Source of the DNA: an uncultured Paraprevotella sp.
GTDB lineage: Bacteria > Bacteroidota > Bacteroidia > Bacteroidales > Bacteroidaceae
Assembly (NCBI GenBank): GCA_944321975.1
Contig: CALUNJ010000002.1
Location: 1,680-65,679 of the forward strand
Direction of reading: 5' to 3'
Length of the DNA stretch: 64,000 nucleotides
A model generated the notes under the pieces. The model saw nothing but the letters and a program-made list of their open reading frames with translations. It made no database searches and was not told the origin of the DNA. The translations under genes were made by a program, and so were the position numbers. Shown here piece by piece: positions 1-11,500 of the stretch (position 1 is its first letter; each line of letters starts with the position of its first letter).

Positions 1-1424
1 TCCACGGGACATTTCACCACGGCCACGTCGTATTTGTCGATCATGGCGCGGCGGTCGGTCACCTGGGCGATGATGCATCCTTGTGCGAACTCTATCTTTT
101 CCGTCGTGTGGGCCGGCATGTTCGTGATGGTGCGGATGAACTTCAGGTTGTCGGCATCAAGGGTTGCCCCCTCGTAGTTGCGTGAGGTGATCCACGTCTT
201 TTCGCCCGTCTGGTTGTATTTTTTGGCGATGGAATCAAAGGCGGCTCCATTGCGGAGGGCCGTCATGATGCTGTCGGCGGTCTTCCTCACGGCCTCCATG
301 TCGGCTCCGGCCACTTGGATCTGGCGCAACTGGATGGAGTCGGGCGCGGAAACCTTGTTGATCATCTTGATGATGTTCATCGTGTTGTCGCCGGCATTGA
401 AATAGGGTGCTCTCATCTGCCCCACGGCAATCGTGTCCAGCTGTGAGGCGATGTCGGCCGGGAAGATGTTCTTGCTCACCGGTATGGGGCTGTAGGGAAT
501 GGCCGACTGGCTTTCGCGCACGATTTTGGCGATGTCGCCTCCTGCGGCCAAAGCCTTGGCCGTTTCAGCCATTTCCTTGTCCAAAGCAGCCTTGTCGGCC
601 GCGCTGGCTTTCACTTGCACGGCGATGAATTTGATGTCGCGGCTTTCGGCCGTTTGCTTGAATTGCTCCTTGAGTTCCTCGTATTTGGCTTTCAGGTCGC
701 TTTCTTCCACTTTCACGTCGTTGTCGTTGACGGTGGAGTAGGGCAGTGCGGCCATGAGCACATCGCTTTCTTGGGTGCGCTCGTTGAAAGCGGCCTGATT
801 GGCCACCTTGTTGCCCATCATGGACTTGGCCAACAGGGTCTGGTATTTTTGTGCGAGGCTTTCCTGGCGCAGTGTCTTCTCGATGAACATCCAGAATTTG
901 TAGAGATTGTCATAATATTCCATGTATTCGGCCGGCATCTGGCTGCTGTTGGCCTTCATGCTTTCGTAGTCGGTGAGGAACTTTTTGAGCACGTTGGCAT
1001 CGAAGCGTCCGGTCTGCTCGTTGCGGAACGGCGTTTGCATCAGGACGGGGCTGGTTCCTTCGGTGATGACGGCCTGCACCTCGGCGTCGGTCACCGTCAG
1101 TCCCAGTTTCTCGGCTTCGTGTGCGATGAGTTTGTTGTTCACATAGTTGTTCCACACCTGATCCCGGAGTTGCGTGAGCTGTGCGTCGTTCAGGGCGTTG
1201 TTTCCAGTGGTGAACTTCACCACTTCCGCATATTCGTCCACTAAATCCTGGAACTCATGCACGGAAATGCTTTTCCCGTAAACTTCACCGACTTGCTGCC
1301 GGCTTTCGTTGGCTGCCGATTGGATGGAATTCATGACATCCCCGGCGATGAACGCGAAAAGAGCCAAGCCGACGATGATGACCAGCAAAGGCCCCCTGTT
1401 TCTGATTTTCTGTAATGTTGCCAT
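1..1424 (-). CDS. PpiD/SurA-like peptidyl-prolyl isomerase (5' part; runs off window start)
   Basis: Manual reverse translation from ATG at 1424 gives MATLQKIRNRGPLLVIIVGLALFAFIAGD..., the typical N-terminus of Bacteroidales SurA_N/rotamase proteins. It lies downstream of the hemolysin gene, as in the usual cluster. It is absent from the ORF track because the stop lies outside the window. Confidence 0.85.
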   Translation of the reverse strand, partial: MATLQKIRNRGPLLVIIVGLALFAFIAGDVMNSIQSAANESRQQVGEVYGKSISVHEFQDLVDEYAEVVKFTTGNNALNDAQLTQLRDQVWNNYVNNKLIAHEAEKLGLTVTDAEVQAVITEGTSPVLMQTPFRNEQTGRFDANVLKKFLTDYESMKANSSQMPAEYMEYYDNLYKFWMFIEKTLRQESLAQKYQTLLAKSMMGNKVANQAAFNERTQESDVLMAALPYSTVNDNDVKVEESDLKAKYEELKEQFKQTAESRDIKFIAVQVKASAADKAALDKEMAETAKALAAGGDIAKIVRESQSAIPYSPIPVSKNIFPADIASQLDTIAVGQMRAPYFNAGDNTMNIIKMINKVSAPDSIQLRQIQVAGADMEAVRKTADSIMTALRNGAAFDSIAKKYNQTGEKTWITSRNYEGATLDADNLKFIRTITNMPAHTTEKIEFAQGCIIAQVTDRRAMIDKYDVAVVKCPV

Positions 1425-1521
1425 TGTTCTTGATTATTGTTTTTTCTTATAATACTACGTTTAAGCGCACGAAGTTACGAAAATCTTGGCACATACACGC
1501 CGCTCCGTGCTTAATTTTTGC

Positions 1522-2793
1522 TCAATCTGTGATTTTCAGGCGTACTAATTCGATTTTTGTCGTTGTGTTTTTGACGATTTTGAATTCGAAATGCCCGAAC
1601 CGGACGATTTCGTTCAGTTTCGGGAAACTTTGGTACTGGTGGAGGATGAGCCCGCTCACCGTCATGTACTCTTCGGATTCCGGCAAGTCGATGCCCAACA
1701 GTTCGTTGGCCTTTTCGATTTCCAACCGGCCGGAGAGGACGTATTCTTTTTCCCCGACCTGCTTGGCGACATAGTTCGTGTTGTCATGTTCGTCTTCGAT
1801 GTCGCCGAAGATTTCTTCCACCAGGTCTTCCATGGTGACGAGTCCGGAGGTGCCGCCAAATTCGTCGACCACGATGGCCAGCGACTTCTTTTGCTGCATG
1901 AATTTCTTGAGGAGCTTTTGGGCCGACATGGTTTCGGGCACGACGGGCACTTCTTTGATGTGCGCGGTCCAGTCGGCGGGATTGCGGAACATTTCGGACG
2001 AATGGATGAACCCCACGATGTGGTCGATGTCTTCCTTGTAGACGATGATTTTTGAATTGCCGCTTTCGATGAAACGGTTTTTCAAGGTTTCAATGGACGA
2101 TGTGGACTCTATGGCCTCGATCTCCGTGCGGGGCACCATGCAGTCGCGCACCTTGATTTCGGAGAAATACAAGGCGTTTTGGAAAATCTTGATTTCCTCG
2201 TTCAGCTCATGTTCGTCTTCGGTGGATTCGAGGCTCGACTGGATGAGGTTGTCCAGGTCTATCTTGGTGAAGGCCTGCTCGGAAGCCTGGCGGTTCACCC
2301 GGATGCCCACCAGGCGCAGCATGCCGCGCGCCACGGCATTGATGCATTGGGCTATGGGGCAGAGGACGGCGTAGAGCAGGAACGCCGGGATGGCGAAGAT
2401 CCTCAGCATGCGGTGGGGGTTGATCTTGAACAAGGTCTTGGGCAGCAGTTCCCCGGTGATGATGACGATGAAGGCCGTGACGGCGACCTGCAGCGTCAGT
2501 TGCACGGCATCGTTCCTGCACACAGGCAGGGAAACGCCTGAAAGCATTTGGCTGACCACTCCGGCCATGAGCAGGGAGTAGACCACTAACGAGATGAAAT
2601 TGCCCACCAGCATGGCGGAAATGAAGTCGTTGGGCTTCCCGTAGAAGAGCGACAGGATCCGGGAGGTGAGGCCCGTGTGGTGGCGGTCCAGTTCGGCCCT
2701 TAGCTTGTCGGAGGCCCTGAAGGCCATTTCTATCCCGGAAAAGAAAGCCGAAAACAGGAGGACGATGGCAATATTGAGGAGGGCTTGCGTCAT
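1522..2793 (-). CDS. Hemolysin/CNNM (HlyC/CorC, GldE-like) membrane protein with CBS pair
   Basis: FSAFFSGIEMAF transmembrane start, GELLPK, VRDCMVPRTEI, IVVDEFGGTSGLVTMEDLVEEIFGDIEDEHD. Confidence 0.92.
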   Translation of the reverse strand: MTQALLNIAIVLLFSAFFSGIEMAFRASDKLRAELDRHHTGLTSRILSLFYGKPNDFISAMLVGNFISLVVYSLLMAGVVSQMLSGVSLPVCRNDAVQLTLQVAVTAFIVIITGELLPKTLFKINPHRMLRIFAIPAFLLYAVLCPIAQCINAVARGMLRLVGIRVNRQASEQAFTKIDLDNLIQSSLESTEDEHELNEEIKIFQNALYFSEIKVRDCMVPRTEIEAIESTSSIETLKNRFIESGNSKIIVYKEDIDHIVGFIHSSEMFRNPADWTAHIKEVPVVPETMSAQKLLKKFMQQKKSLAIVVDEFGGTSGLVTMEDLVEEIFGDIEDEHDNTNYVAKQVGEKEYVLSGRLEIEKANELLGIDLPESEEYMTVSGLILHQYQSFPKLNEIVRFGHFEFKIVKNTTTKIELVRLKITD

Positions 2794-3455
2794 GGCTGGT
2801 CGGGTTTGGTGGGTGCCGTGCGGACGACGGAATCGTTGGCGGAAGCATTCCCGCTGTCGCTGAATGGCGTTTCTGCATTGGCGTTGGTCACGGAATAGCG
2901 TGTCATTTGCTCATTGGAACGGAAATTGTAACCTTGCAGGAACTCGTCGGGTTTGCGGATGGTCATGAAGAGGTTGGAGTACATCTCATGACGATCCATG
3001 TCCCAAAACAGTTCTTCGCTGGTGAACACGGTGCCTTCCTGGTTGCGGATGACGACCCGCCCGCGCAGTTCCCACAACTGCTGGTTGTGGCAATAAGCCG
3101 TGTCGGCCTGCACGAACCAGTCGATGTGGAAGGTGGAGTCGAATTTTTCCAGCAGAATGCCCTTCAGGAAGGTCCATTTAGGCGGGTTGGTGGTGTTGTA
3201 GATGTTCCATTCCTCGGCGACGATTTTGTAGCGGATGACGCCGGAATCCGAGATGAGGGTGGAAATGCCGCGGGATTGCATGAAAGGCAAGGAGTCTTTT
3301 TCGGCAATGGCGGGCGCGTGGCGTTTTTCCTCTTCCGTGCAGGAGAAGGGCAAAATGAGCATGACAACCGCCCCCAGGACGACTGTGAGGTGGGTCAGGC
3401 GGTCGAGCCTGTTCTTTTTCCTCGTGCGGAAAAGGAAATGGAGGCTGCGCATCAT
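2790..3455 (-). CDS. lptC: LPS export periplasmic protein LptC
   Basis: ISDSGVIRYKI...W, ADTAY, LWELRGRV, F.SEELFWD motifs. Start chosen at 3455 because it gives an ATGA overlap with the upstream stop. Confidence 0.8.
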   Translation of the reverse strand: MMRSLHFLFRTRKKNRLDRLTHLTVVLGAVVMLILPFSCTEEEKRHAPAIAEKDSLPFMQSRGISTLISDSGVIRYKIVAEEWNIYNTTNPPKWTFLKGILLEKFDSTFHIDWFVQADTAYCHNQQLWELRGRVVIRNQEGTVFTSEELFWDMDRHEMYSNLFMTIRKPDEFLQGYNFRSNEQMTRYSVTNANAETPFSDSGNASANDSVVRTAPTKPDQP

Positions 3456-4759
3456 TGGATTCTCCATTTCATGAACCAGCGTTCGTTGAATGTGACGCCG
3501 ACGTTCAGCCGCAGGCTGTTTTCCGTGATCAAGGAGTTGGTAGACGGCGCGTTTCTTACCCATTGGAATGACACGTTGATCACCGAACGGTTGCTGATGT
3601 TGTTGGACACCGGCAAACCGAATCCCGCCGTCAGACTGTATTCCATGGGGCCATTCTGCCCGTTCACTTTATAATAAGGAGTGGCAAAAGACGCTCCGAT
3701 GCGGTAACGCACGCGCCGGAGGTATTTATTGTGATAGCGGTCGGGCTGGAATTCGCCTCCGACGGCAATCTTGGTCCGGTTTTCATAATTTTCAGCCGTG
3801 CTGACAAACTCGTTGTCGATGATTTGCGGCGTGCGGGCGTCGGCCCACCTTTGATGTGTCACGTCCAACCCCGCTTTCCATTGCGTCTTGTAGGCCCAGG
3901 CCAATCCGATGCCGAAAGCCGTGGGCAGGTCGAAAGCCTTTTTGATCGTGGCACGCGTGGTGTCTCCGTTTGCCACGAAACTGTTGTAATGCGCCGCAGA
4001 AGGGATGGCATGGCCGATCGTGTAAGTGGCGCCGATGGTCAGGAGGCTTTTGGCGTTGAGCTTGATGGGATATTGTGCGCCGATGTCTATCTTATAAGAG
4101 TGCAGGTTGGCATTGATTTGCCGTCTCAACCCATTGCTGGAACTGGTGGCCGTGCCGTCTTCGTAAAATGTTTGTGTGGTGTTTTGGGAATAATTGCCCC
4201 ACAAGTAACCGAAATTCGCGCCGATGGACAAGTCCGCGAATGGATTCCACCCCAGACCTATGTAGACTTCATGGAGGCCTCCGTCTCCGGAATAAGTGTT
4301 GGTGTAAGTCATGGTCGACCCGCTGTTGAAATGGTTGCCCAAGAAGCGGCTTTCCGAATAGTTGTAGCCGATAGTGGAATAGGGCACGAAACCGAAGGCA
4401 AAGCCTAATCCGGGAGCCAGGCGGAAACCGGCATGCACATAGTCCAACGAGGTGTTGTGCGCATTGACGCTGCTGTTCCCGCTCTTGAAATTCGTGTTTT
4501 GCAGGGTGATACCCACATCAAAGAGGAAAGACAAAGAGTCGATGGCGGAATAAGATGCCGGGTTTTGCATGTTCAGGCAGTTTCCTTCGCGGAATCCTAA
4601 AGCCACGCCCCCCATGCCTTTGTTGAATCCTTGCGACTGGTCTTTCAGGCTTCCCAATCCAAAGCGGGAATAAGGAGAATTGGAGCCATTCGTCTGCGCA
4701 GAGGCACATAAAGTGGCCATCGCCAGCCACAGGCAGAATATGATTTTATGGTTGCTCAT
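3452..4759 (-). CDS. Outer-membrane beta-barrel protein (FadL/long-chain fatty acid transporter-like)
   Basis: Signal peptide; NSPYSRFGLG, GMGG, NPASYS motifs; C-terminal FNERWF. Confidence 0.75.
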   Translation of the reverse strand: MSNHKIIFCLWLAMATLCASAQTNGSNSPYSRFGLGSLKDQSQGFNKGMGGVALGFREGNCLNMQNPASYSAIDSLSFLFDVGITLQNTNFKSGNSSVNAHNTSLDYVHAGFRLAPGLGFAFGFVPYSTIGYNYSESRFLGNHFNSGSTMTYTNTYSGDGGLHEVYIGLGWNPFADLSIGANFGYLWGNYSQNTTQTFYEDGTATSSSNGLRRQINANLHSYKIDIGAQYPIKLNAKSLLTIGATYTIGHAIPSAAHYNSFVANGDTTRATIKKAFDLPTAFGIGLAWAYKTQWKAGLDVTHQRWADARTPQIIDNEFVSTAENYENRTKIAVGGEFQPDRYHNKYLRRVRYRIGASFATPYYKVNGQNGPMEYSLTAGFGLPVSNNISNRSVINVSFQWVRNAPSTNSLITENSLRLNVGVTFNERWFMKWRIQ

Positions 4760-5477
4760 TATTAAACGCTAAAATTCGGTTCAGTCCTCTCGGCACGATA
4801 TATCTATCTGCAAAGATGAGGTTTTTTATTTTCTTATCAAAGTTAAAAATGTCACCGCCGGTTAAAAAAACCAAAAGAGAGGGATATTTTTCCTGGAAGT
4901 ATTTGATGCGTCCTTCTATTTCGAACTTCATGCCTTGGATGACTCCGCTGCGGATGCAGGTCTCGGTGTCATTGCCGATTTCCGGTGCCGGTCCTTCGCT
5001 GTCTATGAGCGGGAGCTTGGCCGTGAAGGCCCGCAAGGCTTTGAGGCGCATCTGGAGTCCCGGCGAGATGCACCCTCCTTTGTAGTGCCCGTTGCGGTCG
5101 ACGAACTCATAGGTGAGACACGTGCCGGCATCCACAATCAAGATGTCGTGCCCCGGATGTTGGGTGTAAGCCCCCACGGCTGCGGCCAGCCGGTCGGCTC
5201 CCAAGGTGTCGGGCGTGCGGTAGTCGTTGATAATGGGAATGGGAGTGCTTGAATTAAGGTATAGGAGAGGGAAGTCCAACTTTTTGAGTTGGCGTTCGGC
5301 TTCGACCGTGATGCCGAACACCGTGCCTACAATGCCCCGTTTGAAAGAATATTTGCGCGCAAATTCCGGCAATCGTTCCAAAGTCTCGTTGGAGGTCTTG
5401 ATTTCTTCCACTGGGGTGTCTCCCTCGAACGCCACCAGCTTGGCCAGCGTGTTTCCTATGTCGATGATTAAATTCAC
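4746..5477 (-). CDS. coaX: Type III pantothenate kinase
   Basis: IDIGNT, TLGADR, VDAGTC, GG.ISPG, LTGGD; GTG start. Confidence 0.95.
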   Translation of the reverse strand: MNLIIDIGNTLAKLVAFEGDTPVEEIKTSNETLERLPEFARKYSFKRGIVGTVFGITVEAERQLKKLDFPLLYLNSSTPIPIINDYRTPDTLGADRLAAAVGAYTQHPGHDILIVDAGTCLTYEFVDRNGHYKGGCISPGLQMRLKALRAFTAKLPLIDSEGPAPEIGNDTETCIRSGVIQGMKFEIEGRIKYFQEKYPSLLVFLTGGDIFNFDKKIKNLIFADRYIVPRGLNRILAFNNEQP

Positions 5478-5598
5478 GTGTTCATGCTTTGCGGCTGCAA
5501 AGTTAATTAAAAAAAGGCAAGGAATGCGAAAACCTTACTAAAAAGATGTCCGGACGGCTTTTTTTATGCGCAAGTGTGGGAGTCCCGGGAAAATGCAC

Positions 5599-5606
5599 TA
5601 CCTTTG
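5599..5606 (+). promoter_or_regulatory. Bacteroidota -7 promoter element (TAnnTTTG); divergent partner at 5498-5505 on the - strand
   Basis: TACCTTTG upstream of 5629; CAAAGTTA (rc TAACTTTG) upstream of coaX. Confidence 0.6.
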
Positions 5607-5628
5607 TGCGGTAAAAAATGAGGAGAGA

Positions 5629-6807
5629 ATGAGAAGCCTGAAGCTATTGTGCCTGTTCACCTTTTTATTATATGCAAACGCAATTGCCCGTGCGGTGGCG
5701 GAAGATTCGATGGAAGTCAGTTTGCTGACGTGTTCGCCGGGAACCGAAGTCTACGCCTTGTATGGGCATACGGCCATTCGGATATGCAACGAGACGACGG
5801 GAGAGGATTGGGTGTTCCATTACGGCGTGTTCAGTTTCAGCCAGCCTCATTTCATATGGCGCTTCGCGTTGGGGGAGTGCGACTATCAGGTGGGCGCGGT
5901 GCCGTTTGCTTATTTTGCGAAGGAATATGAGGCACGAGGTTCGTCGGTCTATCAGCAGACGCTGAACCTGACTTCGGCGGAGAAACGTCGGCTTTGGGCC
6001 TTGCTGTTGGAAAACATGCAGCCGGAAAACAGGGAATACCGTTATAACTTCTTTTATGACAACTGCACGACACGGGCGCGCGACCGGATAGAAGAGGCTG
6101 TGGACGGCGAGGTGGTTTATCCCCGGGCAGACACCGTGCATACTTACCGGGAAATCATACATCAATACACCGGGCATTATCCCTGGGCTGAATTGGGCAA
6201 TGACTTGTGTCTGGGCGCGGAGGCCGACCGTCCGATTACGGAACGCCAGGAGATGTTTGCGCCCTTTTACATGTTGCATTATGCCGACGGGGCTGTGATT
6301 CGTGATCCGGAGGGGCATGAACGTCCTTTGGTGTCGGGCAAGTCGAAGGTGGTGGCCGGACGGGGTGTAGGCGTTCAGGAGGAGTTTCCCCTGTCGCCTT
6401 GGGCTTGCGGGTGGTTGCTGTTCGCTTTGGTTGCTTTGTTGACGGCCGCTGAGCGGTGGAAACACGCTTGTTTCTGGTGGATGGACATGGTGCTGATGTC
6501 TTTGGTCGGGATTATGGGGCTGGTGCTGACGGCCTTGTTCTTCTTTTCCGATCATCCCACGGTGGGGTCAAACTGGCAAATCTGGGTGTTCAATCCGATT
6601 CCGCTTGTGGCAATGCCGTGGGTGGTGAGGTGTGGCGTAAAAGGGCGCAAAACCGTTTATCATGCCTTTAACGCCCTTGTTTTAATATTTTTTATAATTT
6701 TTTCCGCCTTTATACCGCAAGATTTTTGTGTCGTAGTTGTACCTTTGGCACTGACTTTGCTGCTACGTTCATGCAGCTATGTGGTAAGCTATCAGAAAAG
6801 GCAATAG
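5629..6807 (+). CDS. DUF4105 protein (Lnb-type lipoprotein N-acyltransferase-like)
   Basis: SLLTCSPG, YGHTAIR, YRYNFFYDNCTTR and C-terminal TM helices. Start moved to MRSLKLL, downstream of the promoter motif. Confidence 0.8.
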   Translation: MRSLKLLCLFTFLLYANAIARAVAEDSMEVSLLTCSPGTEVYALYGHTAIRICNETTGEDWVFHYGVFSFSQPHFIWRFALGECDYQVGAVPFAYFAKEYEARGSSVYQQTLNLTSAEKRRLWALLLENMQPENREYRYNFFYDNCTTRARDRIEEAVDGEVVYPRADTVHTYREIIHQYTGHYPWAELGNDLCLGAEADRPITERQEMFAPFYMLHYADGAVIRDPEGHERPLVSGKSKVVAGRGVGVQEEFPLSPWACGWLLFALVALLTAAERWKHACFWWMDMVLMSLVGIMGLVLTALFFFSDHPTVGSNWQIWVFNPIPLVAMPWVVRCGVKGRKTVYHAFNALVLIFFIIFSAFIPQDFCVVVVPLALTLLLRSCSYVVSYQKRQ

Positions 6808-8397
6808 ATGAAGAGGAACATGCATCACAGGAACTACCGTTTCTTGACCCCGTTGATTATGGCATTGGCTTGGGCTAACATGGAAGCCCAGACGGCCAGT
6901 CCTGTGCCGCGTTTGGTGGTCAATGTGATGATTGATCAATTGCGTACGGACTATGTGGAAGCCTTTTCGACGTTGTTTGGCACTGGGGGGTTCAACCGGA
7001 TCATGCGCGAAGGGCGTACTTATGTGGATGTGTCCTATCCGTTTGCCCATGTCGACCGTGCTTCGGCCGTGGCTTGCGTCATGACGGGGACTGTGCCCTA
7101 CGATAATGGCATTGTGGGCGAAAGGTGGATGGACCGCAAGACCTTGCGTCCGGCATATTGTGTGGATGACGCTTCATGCCAGGGATGGCTTACTTCTGAG
7201 AAATATTCTCCTGCTTCGCTGAACGTGTCCACGATCACGGACGAACTGAAGATGGCCACGGGAGGACGCGCGCTGGTCTACAGCGTGGCGCCCGAGGCTG
7301 ACGCCGCGATTTTGGGCGCGGGACATGCGGCGGACGGGGCTTTCTGGATTGACGATGCTTCGGGGCAGTGGAGCAGCACTTCATACTATGGCGAATATCC
7401 CAATTGGGCCTTGAGCTATGACCGGTTGGGACATCGGATTTCGGATTTGTCATGGACACCCGTGAGTCCTATCGTGGGGAATTTCAATTTCTTTATCTCT
7501 CCGGACGAAGGCAAGGATTTCCGGCATGGGTTCTCCGGCGATGGGAAGTTCCGCGACTTCAAGACCAGCGCTTGTGTGAATGCCGAGGTGAACCGTTTTG
7601 TGCGCCATTGTCTGGATCACACGGATTTGGGAGCGGACAAGGTGACGGATTTCTTGTCCCTGACTTACTATGCCGGCACGTTCCAGCACAAGCCTGTGGG
7701 GGAATGTCCTGTGGAACTGCAGGACACGTATGTGCGTCTTGACCTTGATTTGGCCGAATTGATCAAGATGTTGGAGAAAAAAGTCGGCGCAGGACGTTTC
7801 CTGCTGGTCGTGACTTCCACCGGATATACGGACGACGAGATTACGGATTTTGCCAAATACCGCATTCCCACGGGCACATTCAGCGTCACCCGGGCCTCGG
7901 CCTTGTTGAATATGTACCTGATGGCGGTCTATGGCGAGGGAAAATACGTGGAGACGGAATTCGGTTCCCAACTATTCCTGAACCAAAAACTGATTGAAGA
8001 CAAGCAACTGAACCTGGCGGATGTCTTGACACGTTCTGAGGCCTTCTTGATCCAGATGGCAGGCGTGAGAGACGTTTTCACGTCTCAGCGTTTGGCCCTT
8101 TCGGCGGGCATGCCCAGCATGAGCCGTCTGCGCAACAGTTTCAATCAGACCCGTTCGGGCGACATTTTCGTGGAGGCGTCGCCGGGTTGGAAAATCGTGA
8201 ATGAGATCACCCATGAGCAGTCTTTGCAGAATGCTTCTTATGTGGGATTCCCCCTTGTCTTTTTCGGTTGCAATGTGCGTTCGGAGACGGTCAAGACGCC
8301 GGTGACGGTCGATTGCATTGCCCCCACTGTGGCGCGTTTCATGCGCATCCGTGCGCCCAATGCCTGTGCCGCGGCTCCTTTGTCGGCTGTGCGCTGA
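6808..8397 (+). CDS. Alkaline phosphatase superfamily (PafA-like) protein, probably catalytically degenerate
   Basis: PRLVV..IDQLR, GGF.R, TG..P..NGI, DTY.RLD, RSGD motifs. Confidence 0.8.
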   Translation: MKRNMHHRNYRFLTPLIMALAWANMEAQTASPVPRLVVNVMIDQLRTDYVEAFSTLFGTGGFNRIMREGRTYVDVSYPFAHVDRASAVACVMTGTVPYDNGIVGERWMDRKTLRPAYCVDDASCQGWLTSEKYSPASLNVSTITDELKMATGGRALVYSVAPEADAAILGAGHAADGAFWIDDASGQWSSTSYYGEYPNWALSYDRLGHRISDLSWTPVSPIVGNFNFFISPDEGKDFRHGFSGDGKFRDFKTSACVNAEVNRFVRHCLDHTDLGADKVTDFLSLTYYAGTFQHKPVGECPVELQDTYVRLDLDLAELIKMLEKKVGAGRFLLVVTSTGYTDDEITDFAKYRIPTGTFSVTRASALLNMYLMAVYGEGKYVETEFGSQLFLNQKLIEDKQLNLADVLTRSEAFLIQMAGVRDVFTSQRLALSAGMPSMSRLRNSFNQTRSGDIFVEASPGWKIVNEITHEQSLQNASYVGFPLVFFGCNVRSETVKTPVTVDCIAPTVARFMRIRAPNACAAAPLSAVR

Positions 8398-8537
8398 CGG
8401 GGGAGCTTTGTTCCCCTTTTTGTGAAGGCCGGGAACGCTTGGATAATTCCTTTTTTACTTATTAATTAATGGTTTTCGTCGTGTTTGCGCCGGAAGGCGT
8501 GAAGCGGCATAATGCGAATTTAAAACAAAACGAACAT

Positions 8538-11500
8538 ATGGATATCAACAAGTTTTTGAGTAAGCTCTTCGGCAACAAGTCCACCCGCGACATGAAACTG
8601 ATTCAGCCTTTGGTGGAGGAAGTGAAGAAGGCTTATCCTGCCATCCAGGCTTTGAGCAACGACGAATTGCGGGCCAAGACGCAGGAAGTGAGAAAGTACG
8701 TGCAATCTTCGGCCGACGACATCAAGGCCAAGATCGCAGAGGTGAAAGCCAAAGTGGAAGAAACGCCGATTGAAGACCGTTCCTCGCTCTTCTCCCAAAT
8801 CGACAAGTTGGAGAAAGAGGTGCTGGAGCGTTACGAGAAAGCCCTGAACGAGGTGATGCCGGTGGTGTTTTCCATCGTGAAGTCCACGGCCGAGCGGTTT
8901 GCCACCCATGAGGAGGTGTGCGTCACGGCCAATGATTTCGACCGCGAATTGGCGGCCAAGCATGATTTCGTGGACATACAGGGCGACACGGCGCACTATC
9001 ATAACCATTGGATGGCAGGAGGGAACGACACCGTCTGGAACATGGTCCATTACGACGTGCAGCTCTTCGGCGGCGTCGTGTTGCATCAAGGCAAGATTGC
9101 CGAAATGGCCACGGGTGAAGGCAAGACCTTGGTGGCCACCCTTCCGGTGTTCCTGAATGCCTTGACGGGCAATGGCGTGCATGTGGTCACGGTGAACGAC
9201 TATCTGGCCAAGCGTGACTCCGAGTGGATGGGGCCGCTTTATATGTTCCACGGACTGAGCGTGGATTGCATCGACAAGCACCAACCCAACAGCGAGGCGC
9301 GCCGGCGGGCTTACATGGCCGACATCACGTTTGGAACAAACAATGAGTTCGGCTTTGACTACTTGCGCGACAACATGGCCACGAACCCGAAAGACCTGGT
9401 GCAACGCGCCCATAATTATGCCATCGTGGACGAGGTGGACTCCGTGTTGATCGACGATGCCCGCACGCCGCTGATCATTTCCGGCCCAGTGCCCAAGGGC
9501 GACGACCAGCTTTATGAGCAATACCAGCCGTTGGTGGAACGCCTGGTCGGCGTGCAGCGCCAACTGGCCACCCAATACTTGGCCGAAGCCAAGCAACTCA
9601 TCGCTTCCGGCGACAAGGAGAAAGTGGAACAGGGCTTCCTGCAGCTTTACCGCAGCCACAAGGCGTTGCCCAAGAACAAGCCGTTGATCAAGTATCTTTC
9701 CGAGCAGGGCATCAAGTCCGGCATGCTGAAGACGGAAGAAATTTACATGGAGAACAACAACAAGCGCATGCCGGAGGCTGTGGAACCGCTCTATTTCGTG
9801 GTGGACGAGAAGCTGAACAGCGTCGACCTCACCGACAAGGGCTTTGCCTGGCTGGCCAATGCCACGTCCGATCCGGACTTGTTCGTCATGCCGGACATCA
9901 CGTCGGAGATGGCGGCCCTGGAAGCCGACAAGTCCTTGAACGACGAAGAGCGCGTGATCAAGAAAGACCAGCTCTTCTCCGATTACGCCGTGAAGAGCGA
10001 GCGCATGCACACCCTTCAACAGCTGCTGAAAGCCTACACGATGTTCAACCGAGACGACGAATATGTCATTATCGACGGCGAAGTGAAGATCGTGGACGAG
10101 CAGACGGGACGTATCATGGAAGGCCGCCGTTGGAGCGACGGCTTGCACCAGGCCGTCGAGGCGAAGGAGCACGTGAAGGTGCAGGCGGCCACGCAGACCT
10201 TTGCCACGATCACTTTGCAGAATTACTTCCGCATGTACCACAAGTTGGCCGGCATGACCGGTACGGCGGTCACCGAGGCCGGCGAGTTCTGGAGCATTTA
10301 CAAGCTCGACGTGGTGGAGATTCCCACCAACCGCCCCGTGGCCCGCATCGACATGAACGACCGCGTCTACAAGACACAGCGCGAGAAATACAAAGCCGTC
10401 ATCGAGGAAATCGAGAGCCTGATCAAGGCCGGACGTCCTGTGCTCGTCGGCACGACTTCGGTGGAAATCTCTGAAATGCTGAGCAAGATGCTCCAAATGC
10501 GCAAGATTCCCCACAACGTGCTGAACGCCAAGCTCCACCAGCAGGAGGCCGACATCGTGGCCAAGGCCGGACAGAGCAGCACGGTGACCATTGCCACCAA
10601 CATGGCCGGCCGTGGTACGGACATCAAGTTGAGCGACGAAGTGCGCAAGGCCGGCGGTTTGGCCATTATCGGCACGGAGCGCCACGAGAGCCGGCGGGTG
10701 GACCGTCAGTTGCGCGGTCGTGCCGGACGCCAGGGCGACCCGGGCTCGTCGGTGTTCTTTGTTTCGCTCGAGGACAAGCTGATGCGCCTGTTCGCCAGCG
10801 AGCGCATCGCCAAGGTGATGGACCGCCTCGGCTTCGAGGAAGGCGAGATGATCGAGCACAAGATGATCAGCAACGCCATCGAGCGGGCACAGAAGAAGGT
10901 GGAGGAGAACCACTTCGGCGTGCGCAAGCGTCTGTTGGAATACGACGACGTGATGAACAAGCAGCGCACCGTGATCTACGAGAAGCGCCGCCACGCCTTG
11001 ATGGGCGAGCGCATCGGAATGGACATTGCCAACATGATCTGGGACCGTTGCGTGCACATCATTGAAAACAACGACTATGAAGGCTGCAAGGAAAGTTTCA
11101 TCGAGGTGATGGCCATGGAAGTGCCCTTTACCGAGCAGGAATACAACGACACGAAGCGCGAGGATTTGTGCGAGAAGGCTTTCCAGGCTGCCATGGAACG
11201 TTTCCGGCAGAAAACCGACATGCTGGCCGCCGTGGCCCAGCCGGTCATCAAACAAGTCTACGAGGCTCAAGGCCACATGTACGAGAACATCATGGTGCCC
11301 ATCACGGACGGCCGCCGCATCTATCAGATTTCCACGCCGCTCAAGGAAGCCTATGAGACGGAGAGCCGTTCCATCGTGAAGGCGTTTGAGAAGGCCATCA
11401 TGTTGCACACCATCGACGAGGCCTGGAAAGAGAACCTCCGCGAGTTGGACGACCTGAAGCATTCCGTGCAGAACGCCAGCTACGAACAGAAGGACCCGCT

